Source of the DNA: Calditrichota bacterium
Lineage (GTDB): Bacteria; Electryoneota; AABM5-125-24; Hatepunaeales; Hatepunaeaceae
Length of the DNA stretch: 49,791 nt
Assembly: GCA_016867855.1 (NCBI GenBank)
Contig: VGIO01000003.1
Coordinates: 1 to 49,791, forward strand
Direction: 5' to 3'
The position numbers and the translations under genes are program-made. The notes under the pieces are model-generated. The model was not told the DNA's origin. It saw only the letters and a list, made by a program, of their open reading frames with translations, and searched no databases. Shown one piece after another: positions 30,842-39,557 of the stretch (positions within the stretch are counted from its first letter, which is position 1; the number at the start of each line of letters is the position of its first letter).

Positions 30842-32320
30842 TTGCCCCGTTCGCTGCGCTTTAGAATTTTAAGTTTTTTAGCGGCTGTCGGTTTAGTCTC
30901 GATTGTTGTTGTCGCGCTGATTATCAACCATATTTTGGTCAGACAACAGCGCAATCGACTCGATACCCGCCTGTCGATGATTTCGATGATGGCGCACGCC
31001 TGTCTGCGCAACCTGATGTTAAATGAACACCAGAATGAGTTGCGGGAGTTTATACTACGGTTCGGTGAAAACGCTCCGCTGGTCGGGCTGAGGCTCATTT
31101 CGCCGGAAGGCATTGTGACGATATCCCATCAGTCAGAAGAAGAAGGGAAGCCCTATCGGGCATTTGATAAAGTCAAATTCGACGGCGAATGGAATCATTT
31201 TATACAAAAGGACGACGCCGGCGGACCTATATTGACATCTTTGTCTCCGGTGCGTCGGCAGCCTTCCTGTATCGCTTGTCATCCCGGACCGCCGGGGATT
31301 ATGTCGATACTCAACGTAGATATATCCGCCAAGGAAATAACTGGCGCGCTGGCTTTGACCCAGTTGCTATTGATAGGCTCATCGCTGTTTATGGCGCTGT
31401 TATTCGTCGGCACGGCGTTTATGGTGCATTTTCGTTTTGTTAAATCGTCGCTGCATAAGATAATAAGCGGAATAAGCCAACTTGAACAGGGTAATTTTGC
31501 CGCGCGCATAGACCTTGAACAGAAGGATGAACTGGGCCGCTTAGCAGGGCATATCAACCGGCTGGGCGACCGCCTCGCTAAAATGCGGCGGGCATTGGAT
31601 AATTCGCACCAGGCTGAATTGGAGCGCGCCGAGCGGATGGCTTCGGTCGGCGAGTTAGCCTCTTCCATTGCCCACGAAATAAAAAATCCGGTCGCAGGCA
31701 TCGCCAGCGCGATGGAAGTGCTTTCGGCCGAACTGCTTCCCGGCGACGAACGGGAGGTTATCTTTGCTGAAATATTGAATCAAACTCAGCGCGTCAACCG
31801 CGCCGTCAACGACCTGCTTTCTTATGCGCGTCCTTCGCTGCCGGAGTTAGCGCTTGGCAGCCTGAACGAGCCGCTTCGCCACGCCTTGACTCTGCTCGAA
31901 GCCCGGCGCAAGGGAGCCAATGTCGCTTTGGAAATACGACTCGACCCACATCTGCCGCCAGCGCTTTTCGACCCGCAGCAGATGCAGCAGGTTTTTGTCA
32001 ACCTTATTTTCAATGCCTTGCAGGCGATGCTGTCCGGCGGGACGCTGAAAATCGCGAGCGGCTTTGAAAACAAGGAACTTTTCGCCTGCATCAGCGACAC
32101 CGGTGTTGGAATACCCAAAGAAATTATGCAGGACATATTCAAGCCATTCTTTACGACCAAACATCAGGGGACAGGCTTGGGGCTGTCCATCTGCCGTTCT
32201 ATCATCGAAAACCACCACGGGAAGATTGAGGTTTATTCCACGCGCGGCGAGGGTTCGACTTTTAAGGTAATCCTGCCCGGCGATAGAAACTTGACCGAGA
32301 AACATAACCTTGAGCGGTAA
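30842..32320 (+). CDS. Sensor histidine kinase with periplasmic heme-c motif
   Basis: TM, periplasmic domain with CIACH, TM, HAMP, AHEIKNP, N-box NLIFNA, DTGVG and GTGLGL. Confidence 0.93.
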   Translation: MPRSLRFRILSFLAAVGLVSIVVVALIINHILVRQQRNRLDTRLSMISMMAHACLRNLMLNEHQNELREFILRFGENAPLVGLRLISPEGIVTISHQSEEEGKPYRAFDKVKFDGEWNHFIQKDDAGGPILTSLSPVRRQPSCIACHPGPPGIMSILNVDISAKEITGALALTQLLLIGSSLFMALLFVGTAFMVHFRFVKSSLHKIISGISQLEQGNFAARIDLEQKDELGRLAGHINRLGDRLAKMRRALDNSHQAELERAERMASVGELASSIAHEIKNPVAGIASAMEVLSAELLPGDEREVIFAEILNQTQRVNRAVNDLLSYARPSLPELALGSLNEPLRHALTLLEARRKGANVALEIRLDPHLPPALFDPQQMQQVFVNLIFNALQAMLSGGTLKIASGFENKELFACISDTGVGIPKEIMQDIFKPFFTTKHQGTGLGLSICRSIIENHHGKIEVYSTRGEGSTFKVILPGDRNLTEKHNLER

Positions 32321-33713
32321 GGTCCTTATCATCGACGATGAAAAATTGATTCGCTGGTCGCTGGAAAAAAATCTGAAGAACCTTGACTATCAGGTCGAAT
32401 CAGCGGCTTCCGGCGAAGAGGGACTAAACCGGTTCGATATCTTCTGCCCGGAAGCGGTAATCCTGGATAACAAACTGCCGGGAATGCAAGGTTTGGATGT
32501 TTTAACCGAACTACGCACGCGCGACCCGCGGCTGGTCGTGCTGTTTATGACCGCCTTTGGAACAATCGAGACAGCGGTCGAAGCGATGAAGCGCGGCGCT
32601 TACGATTATGTCAACAAGCCCTTTGTCTTCGACGAAGTCAGGCAGTTGCTCGAGAAGGGTCTTTATGTCCAGCGTTTGGACAGCGAAGTATCGCGGCTGC
32701 GCGCAGTCGAACGTCGTCAGTTTGACACTGCCAATGTGATAATAAATTCGCTCCGGATGCGCGAAATTATCTCGCTGGTAGATAAAGTCGCGCGCAGCGA
32801 GGCGCATACTGTGCTGCTCACCGGCGAATCTGGCACGGGTAAAGACCTCTTCGCCCGTGTCATTCATCAGCGCAGTTTCCGCAGCGCTCTACCGTTTATA
32901 ACAATCAACTGCGCCTCAGTGCCGGAAACACTTTTGGAAAGCGAACTGTTCGGACACGAGAAAGGCGCGTTCACCGACGCCAAAAGCGCCAAACGCGGTC
33001 AATTTGAACTGGCTTCGGGAGGTGTGGTCTATCTTGATGAAATCGGCGAAATTCCACTCGGGCTGCAAGTAAAATTGCTGCAGGTGATAGAGAACCGTGT
33101 CTTTCGCCGCGTTGGTGGCGTCAAAGATATTCGCATCGATGTCCTCATCATCGCCGCGACTAATATCGACCTTGCCGCCGCTGTCGAGCGCGGCAGTTTT
33201 CGCCGTGACCTGTATTACCGGCTGGAACTAATACCGATTCATATACCGCCGCTGCGCGAACGACGCGCCGACATCGTCCCGATCGCCGAGTATTTTATCC
33301 AACGCTTCAATCAGGAGTTTCATAAGAAATTTGTCGGGCTTTCTGGGGAAGTCAAGGATGTTCTCGCGGATTACGATTGGCCCGGCAATATCCGGGAACT
33401 GCGCAATGTCATTGAGCGTATCATCATACTTGAGAACGATGACTCAATCCGGCTTGAGCATCTGCCGTTTGACTTGCGCCGGTTGTTTGAGACAGTGAAG
33501 ATGTCTTCGGGCATACTGCCGGTGCAGGATTTAGGATTGGTCATCCCTGATGGAGGTTTATCGTTGGAAGCCGTCGAGCATGAATTGGTAGTCAAAGCGC
33601 TGGCTAAATGCGCTTACAACCAGACCCGCGCCGCCAGACTGCTCGATATAACCCGCGATTCGTTACGCTATAAAATGAAGAAGTTCAATTTGTTGAGTAA
33701 ATTGCAAAAGTGA
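32310..33713 (+). CDS. Sigma54-dependent response regulator (NtrC/AtoC family)
   Basis: REC domain, GESGTGK, ESELFGHEKGAFTDA, WPGNIREL and a Fis HTH. Confidence 0.96.
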   Translation: MSGKVLIIDDEKLIRWSLEKNLKNLDYQVESAASGEEGLNRFDIFCPEAVILDNKLPGMQGLDVLTELRTRDPRLVVLFMTAFGTIETAVEAMKRGAYDYVNKPFVFDEVRQLLEKGLYVQRLDSEVSRLRAVERRQFDTANVIINSLRMREIISLVDKVARSEAHTVLLTGESGTGKDLFARVIHQRSFRSALPFITINCASVPETLLESELFGHEKGAFTDAKSAKRGQFELASGGVVYLDEIGEIPLGLQVKLLQVIENRVFRRVGGVKDIRIDVLIIAATNIDLAAAVERGSFRRDLYYRLELIPIHIPPLRERRADIVPIAEYFIQRFNQEFHKKFVGLSGEVKDVLADYDWPGNIRELRNVIERIIILENDDSIRLEHLPFDLRRLFETVKMSSGILPVQDLGLVIPDGGLSLEAVEHELVVKALAKCAYNQTRAARLLDITRDSLRYKMKKFNLLSKLQK

Positions 33714-33845
33714 TGATTAATCTAGAAAATTCAGACCATAGCAAGGCGGACGCCCTCGTCCGCGGAAAACCAAGCATAGAATGCGGTGGACGAGGGCGTC
33801 CGCCTTGCCATCAGTCAATAAATCCAACACTTTTGCAATTACCTA
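33695..33845. mobile_element. MITE family A (151 bp), TSD TGTT, overlapping the regulator's 3' end
   Basis: TGTT at 33691-94 and 33846-49. Supplies the last codons and the stop of the regulator. Confidence 0.92.
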
Positions 33846-33920
33846 TGTTGTAACAAAGAGTCCATATTGTCCCTAAAGTCCATTTCGTCCAAAAAGAACA
33901 ATCAAATTTAGAGGTCTTTT

Positions 33921-35045
33921 ATGCCCAAATACCGCATTGCCTGGATGCCTGGCGACGGCGTCGGCAATGATGTGATGGATGCGGCTCGCATCGTCCTGCA
34001 TTCCGTCCAACTGGACGCAGAATATATCCCCGCCGATATCGGCTGGGAGTTCTGGAAGAAGGAAGGCGACCCGCTGCCGCCGCGCACGTTAAAAATCCTG
34101 GGTGAAACCGATTGCGCTCTGTTCGGCGCGATTACTTCCAAACCCAAGGAAGAAGCCGCGGCAGAATTGAATCCCGAATTACAGGGTAAAGGATATGAAT
34201 ACTTCAGTCCGATTGTCCGGCTGCGCCAGGAATTTGACCTGCATACTAACATAAGGCCTTGCAGGGCTTATGCGGGAAATCCTTTAAATTATAAAGAAGG
34301 CATCGATATCGTCATCTTCCGCGAGAATTCGGAAGGGCTTTACGCCGGTATCGAGTTTCATCCTTTGCCCGATAATGTGCGGGCGGTTTTAGAAACGGCG
34401 CATAAGAAAATGAAACGTTTTTCAGCTGTGCCGTCCGGTGAGATAGCCATTTCGACCCGCCTAATGACCAAACAAGCCTGCGCGCGTATCGTGCGCAACG
34501 CTTTCGAGTTTGCGCGCAAATATAAACGCCGGTCGGTTACGGTGGTGGATAAACCTAATGTGCTGCGCGAGACCGGCGGGCTGATGATGCGAACTGCCCG
34601 CTTAGTCGCCAAGGATTATCACGAAATCCCTCTGTATGAAACCAACATCGACGCGCAATGTATGTGGCTGCTGAAAAATCCCTTCGATTACGATGTAATG
34701 GTAGCGGAGAATATGTTCGGCGATATCCTATCCGACCTCGCGGCGCAATTAGTTGGTGGATTGGGCTTTGCGGCTTCAGGCAATATCGGTGACAACTACG
34801 CGGTTTTCGAGCCTACCCACGGCTCAGCGCCCAAATATGCCGGACAATACAAGGTCAATCCTATGGCGATGCTGTTGACGGTGAAAATGATGCTGGATTG
34901 GCTCGGCGAGACCGACAAAGCCGCGCGCGTCGAAAATGCCATCGCGCAGGTCATCAAGGAAGGCAAGGCGAGGACTTACGATATGGGAGGCAAATCGACA
35001 ACATTAGAGGTTGCCGATGTAGTCGCAAAGTTTGCAGCCGCGTGA
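33921..35045 (+). CDS. Isocitrate/isopropylmalate (possibly homoisocitrate) dehydrogenase family
   Basis: [28 protein letters not shown] and FEPTHGSAP. Substrate not resolvable by eye. Confidence 0.9.
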   Translation: MPKYRIAWMPGDGVGNDVMDAARIVLHSVQLDAEYIPADIGWEFWKKEGDPLPPRTLKILGETDCALFGAITSKPKEEAAAELNPELQGKGYEYFSPIVRLRQEFDLHTNIRPCRAYAGNPLNYKEGIDIVIFRENSEGLYAGIEFHPLPDNVRAVLETAHKKMKRFSAVPSGEIAISTRLMTKQACARIVRNAFEFARKYKRRSVTVVDKPNVLRETGGLMMRTARLVAKDYHEIPLYETNIDAQCMWLLKNPFDYDVMVAENMFGDILSDLAAQLVGGLGFAASGNIGDNYAVFEPTHGSAPKYAGQYKVNPMAMLLTVKMMLDWLGETDKAARVENAIAQVIKEGKARTYDMGGKSTTLEVADVVAKFAAA

Positions 35046-35152
35046 ATTGTTTGAATCCCTAATCCGGCGCTTATAGCTAGATTAAGGTTTAACTTTTTAA
35101 TTTTTTAACTTATTAACTTGTCATCTTAAGCAAATTTAGATGAGTGCATTAC

Positions 35153-35181
35153 TTGACACATAATGTTTCAGGTGATATATT
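35153..35181 (+). promoter_or_regulatory. Sigma70-type promoter
   Basis: TTGACA-17 bp-TATATT with an extended -10 TG, upstream of the TPR gene. Confidence 0.6.
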
Positions 35182-35213
35182 GAATTATCGAATTCAGGAG
35201 CCTTATCATTCGT

Positions 35214-38200
35214 TTGCTTCCCAAATTACACCCGTTTGCTTCAGCGCCGGTAATTATCATCATAACTTTCAGCGCTTTATCGGCGGCGCCTGCCCTGCTG
35301 GACGGACGAGCAGCGGTGTCGGAGCAGGAATTCGCCTTTGCTGTGGGGCTTTATCGCGACGGCTTGTATCAGATGGCAGCGGCGCGTTTAAGCGAATTTC
35401 TCTTGCGCTGGAGCGATGATGAGCGCGCGCCGCAAGCGCTCTATCTGCTCGGCGAATCGTTGTTTCAGTTGAATCAGCAGGCTTCGGCGTGCGATGCGTT
35501 CCGGCGGCTGCTCGATAAATATCCCCATCATAAACTTACAGATTCAGCCCGTCTGCGTTTAGGGCAAGCCTATCTCGAAGCCGGTCAAACCTCGGCATCA
35601 ATCGATGTTTTGCGGCAGGCGTTGAGGAGCCAGCCGCAGACATCGTTACTACCGGACATATTATACTGGCTGGGCGAAGCCCTCGCTGCGGCCGGCGATA
35701 CAGTCTCGGCTTTAGATACTTACAACCGGCTTCTGAAGTCCTATCCACAGCATAAATACACCGCTTGGGCGGCTTATTCCATCGGCAGTATTTATGAGCA
35801 GCGCGGCGACACCGCTGCGGCGACGGCGGCTTATGAGACGGTCTGGAAGGATTATCCTCAGACCCAGCCGGCAGAGTCGGCGCGCTTTCGCGCCGGCAGA
35901 CTCTATTTTCAGCGCGGTATGAATCTTAAAGCCCGTCAGGCTTTGACGCCGCTGGCGGAACTGCCCAATTTAAGCCAAATCCATCTCCAATCCTTGTTCC
36001 TTTTAGGCGAAATCGCCTATTTTGAGAGTAATTTCAGCCAAGCCGAAAGTTATTACCGGCTGCTCTTAGCCGTAGATTCGACATCGGAGACTGCAGCACG
36101 GGCTTATTTTGCTTTAGGCTGGGCGTCAGCCCAGCAGAATCGCTGGCCGGCGGCGGCTGATGCATATATATCGGTCGCCGAACGCTTCCCCCAGCACCAG
36201 TTGGCCGGCGATGCTATCGTCGAAGCCGGCGGCGTTTTACAGAAAGCCGGACGCGGTGAAGCCGCTGCCGAATTGTGGCGCCAGGCGCTACAGCGCTATC
36301 CAGACCAACCGCTGGCGGCGCGCGCCGCGCTCGAACTGAGCCGCTTCTATTTAAAGAACGACAAACCGGCTGAAGCCGACCGGACTTTACGCCAGATATT
36401 AACTAAACTTGAGCCGTCCGACCGGATTACAGCCTATCGCTTATTAGTCAATGCCAACGAAGCCTTGAATGATTTTAAGGCTGCATTCGATTTTGCCCGG
36501 CAAGGCCTCTCTATTCAATCCAGCGGCGAAGACGAAGCCGAGTTGTTGTTCAGCGCCGGATATTTGGGCTATCGAACTGAGAACGATTCGCTGGCGCAGA
36601 AGTATCTCGAAACCCTACTTGAGCGTTATGCGAATAGTCCCCGTCGGATGGAGAGTTTATTTTATTTGGGGGAGGCGCGTTTTCGCCGTGAAGATGCAGT
36701 CGGCGCTGAGTCGGCTTACCGCGCCCTTATCGAGAACTATCCGAATTCCAAACTTTTAGAGGAGGCTCGCTACGGGCGGGCTTGGGCGCTTTATAAGATG
36801 AATAATTACCGCGCCGCCGCTCAAGCCTTCGCTGAATTTATTAAATTGCATCCGCAGAGCCGTTATGCTTCCGATGCTGCGCTGCGCATCGCTGACAGCC
36901 GTTTCAGCGCCAAGGAATACAGCGGCGCCGAAACCGCTTACCGGCAGTTTATTGCGTCGGTCGAAAAACAGGCGGCGCAACAATTAGAAAAACAACGTGT
37001 GGATTATCAGATCGCGGTCTGCCTGCTCAAAGCCGACAAGTTCACATCGGCGGCGGAAGCCTTCGCCGCGCATATTATCCGCTTTCCCGAGTCGGAACTT
37101 GCCGATGATGCGGCTTATATGCACGGCTGGGCGTTGTTCCGCGCCGGCCGGCTACCGGAAGCGGCCGACGCTTACAAGCAGTTTCTGACGGCTTATCCTC
37201 TATCGCCCTACACCGCACAAGCCGCTTACGGCCTGGCGGATGTTTATTACAATTTAAAGGACTATAAGAGCGCAGCCGCTGCTTATGAGAACATTATCAA
37301 GAAGTATCCTCAATCACCACTGGTGGGCGACGCCGTCAACGGTTTGCAATGGTGCGCCTTGCAGTTGGGCGACATCGAGCGCGGTGTGCGTGTCGCTGAG
37401 AATTTCGCCCGTGAAAATCCGAATAGTCCGCTGGTCGATGATGTCGCGTTGCGCATCGGCGATTTATTCTATAATTCCGGCGATTTCGCCCGCGCTGAAC
37501 AGGCTTACAAACGACTAAGCGAGCAATATCCGCAGAGCGAGCATATTCCGGCGGCTGCATATTGGCGCGCCAAGAGCATTTTGGACGGCTTCGACACCGG
37601 ACGAGCGGTCGATGTTTGGCGGGAACTTGCCGCTAAAGACAGCAAAAGCCATTATCGTGCGATGGCGTTCTATCAGATGGGGCAGATTTTTTACGCGCAA
37701 AAGAAGTTGAGCGACGCCGGCGGGATGTTTGAGGCGCTGCGGACGAATTTTCCTTCGTTAGACTTGGCTCTGGAAGCACAAATTTACCTTGCCAAAATAG
37801 CGCGCGCGAATGGTGATTTGAGCGCGGCGACAGCAGCGCTCGCCCCGCTGCTCGAACGCGCCGACAAAGGCGAGATAGCCGCCCGGGCATCTTTAGAGTA
37901 TGTTTATATTCTAAAGAGTCTAGGAAAATATCAGGAAGCGCTGGAGAGGGCGGCAAAGTTGGCCGTCGGCCGCGCCGATGTCATTGGAGCAGAGGCTCAA
38001 TTCACAGTTGCTGGATTGAAGGTTCAATTAGACCGCCGGGCGGAGGCGGTGGACGACTATTTGAAGGTAAAATACTTATATAATCTTTATCCGCAGTGGT
38101 CGGCGCCGGCACAAATCGAAGCCGCCAAATTAAAGGCGGAACTCGGAGACGCCAATGAAGCCCGGCGCATCTTGACGCGTTTGCGCAACGACCACGGCGA

Positions 38201-38249
38201 CGATGAATGGGGCCGGCGCGCGGCGGAATTAATCTCGACGCTTAGATGA
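35214..38249 (+). CDS. Large exported tetratricopeptide-repeat protein
   Basis: Hydrophobic N-terminus and many TPR_6/BamD-like repeats (A...Y..L...YP.S....A). Confidence 0.88.
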   Translation: MLPKLHPFASAPVIIIITFSALSAAPALLDGRAAVSEQEFAFAVGLYRDGLYQMAAARLSEFLLRWSDDERAPQALYLLGESLFQLNQQASACDAFRRLLDKYPHHKLTDSARLRLGQAYLEAGQTSASIDVLRQALRSQPQTSLLPDILYWLGEALAAAGDTVSALDTYNRLLKSYPQHKYTAWAAYSIGSIYEQRGDTAAATAAYETVWKDYPQTQPAESARFRAGRLYFQRGMNLKARQALTPLAELPNLSQIHLQSLFLLGEIAYFESNFSQAESYYRLLLAVDSTSETAARAYFALGWASAQQNRWPAAADAYISVAERFPQHQLAGDAIVEAGGVLQKAGRGEAAAELWRQALQRYPDQPLAARAALELSRFYLKNDKPAEADRTLRQILTKLEPSDRITAYRLLVNANEALNDFKAAFDFARQGLSIQSSGEDEAELLFSAGYLGYRTENDSLAQKYLETLLERYANSPRRMESLFYLGEARFRREDAVGAESAYRALIENYPNSKLLEEARYGRAWALYKMNNYRAAAQAFAEFIKLHPQSRYASDAALRIADSRFSAKEYSGAETAYRQFIASVEKQAAQQLEKQRVDYQIAVCLLKADKFTSAAEAFAAHIIRFPESELADDAAYMHGWALFRAGRLPEAADAYKQFLTAYPLSPYTAQAAYGLADVYYNLKDYKSAAAAYENIIKKYPQSPLVGDAVNGLQWCALQLGDIERGVRVAENFARENPNSPLVDDVALRIGDLFYNSGDFARAEQAYKRLSEQYPQSEHIPAAAYWRAKSILDGFDTGRAVDVWRELAAKDSKSHYRAMAFYQMGQIFYAQKKLSDAGGMFEALRTNFPSLDLALEAQIYLAKIARANGDLSAATAALAPLLERADKGEIAARASLEYVYILKSLGKYQEALERAAKLAVGRADVIGAEAQFTVAGLKVQLDRRAEAVDDYLKVKYLYNLYPQWSAPAQIEAAKLKAELGDANEARRILTRLRNDHGDDEWGRRAAELISTLR

Positions 38250-39409
38250 ACGCCTTGCAACTCACGGCGCAAGTTGTATTTTGGCTGACGCTGGGTTTGG
38301 TATTTGTTTCTTATTTTGGTGTTTCGATTATATTGACTTTGGCAACGTGTGGCCGCAAGCCGCGTGATATTCCTTCCGATGCACCGCTGCCGCGCTTATC
38401 CATATTAATACCTGCCTACAACGAGGCGCGCGTCATCGGCGAGAAACTGCGCAATATGCTCGCGCAGGATTATCCGTCTGAACTGCGCGATATCGTCGTT
38501 ATATCTGACCAATCGACCGACGCAACCGATGAGACGGTCAAAAGTTTTGAAGGCGCTGGCGTCAAATTAATACGGACTGAAAAGCGGTTGGGTAAGTTCG
38601 GCATATTGGACGCTTATGTGTCTCAAATGCAGAATGAGATTGTAGTCATAATCGATGCGAATATGATGTTGGCGTCTGGAGCGCTGCGAAATCTGGCTAG
38701 ATATTTCGCTGACTCAGAAGTCGGGCTGGCGGGGGGGAATACGATTTTTAAATTGAGCATCTCCGACGACAGGCCGCCGAAAGGCGAATTAATATATCAT
38801 AATTTTGAGACTTATTCTAAAACTTTAATGAATCGGCTTGGCGCCGTAGTCAGTGTTTATGGCGGATTTTATGCTTTTCGTAAGGCGCTGTTCCGTCCAA
38901 TTGGGCGAAAGCCGGTGCATGACGATGTTATGCTGCCGATAGAAGTCTTGGCTGCGGGTTATCGAACGCATTTTACTGAAAATGCCGTCGCAACAGAAAT
39001 CATTGCCTCTTCGCGCAAGGAATTCAAGCGTCATATTCGCCTTTCAGCATACAGTCTGAACAGTCTGACGCGTGCGCTGAAAATATCCGCCAAAGCCGGT
39101 CCAAAGATCTTCATTATTGTCTTTGTGAACAAAGTTCTGCGTTGGCTGTCGCCATATTTATTGGGATTAATGTGTCTCGCCTTGATACCGCTGCTCAAAT
39201 TAGGTTTAGTGTATCCCTTTATCGCCGGGATAATTGCGTTTGGAATAGCCGGGGCGGCGCTGGGAGGCTTAGCCTATTTATTTGGATTTCATATTTTCAT
39301 CATCAGCGCGATGTTCTATTTTGCATTTATCAATTTTGCGGCTTATATTGGATTATTTCGTTGGCTGGGGGGAATTAAGCCCTATTGGACGCAACAGAGG
39401 AAGGGCTGA
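38246..39409 (+). CDS. Glycosyltransferase family 2, membrane-bound
   Basis: SILIPAYNE, SDQSTD.T, DAN, DD and terminal TMs. ATGA overlap with the TPR gene. Confidence 0.9.
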   Translation: MNALQLTAQVVFWLTLGLVFVSYFGVSIILTLATCGRKPRDIPSDAPLPRLSILIPAYNEARVIGEKLRNMLAQDYPSELRDIVVISDQSTDATDETVKSFEGAGVKLIRTEKRLGKFGILDAYVSQMQNEIVVIIDANMMLASGALRNLARYFADSEVGLAGGNTIFKLSISDDRPPKGELIYHNFETYSKTLMNRLGAVVSVYGGFYAFRKALFRPIGRKPVHDDVMLPIEVLAAGYRTHFTENAVATEIIASSRKEFKRHIRLSAYSLNSLTRALKISAKAGPKIFIIVFVNKVLRWLSPYLLGLMCLALIPLLKLGLVYPFIAGIIAFGIAGAALGGLAYLFGFHIFIISAMFYFAFINFAAYIGLFRWLGGIKPYWTQQRKG

Positions 39410-39557
39410 TGGAGCCTGTGGATTGTTTGAACGAAATTAACAAAATAAATAAGCGGATAAGGTCGGTGAATAAAACAGATTGAATGCAACATCGATTAAC
39501 TTCCCAATTTACACCTTACACCTTACAACCTACAGTTTATAACTTTCTAACTTCCTT

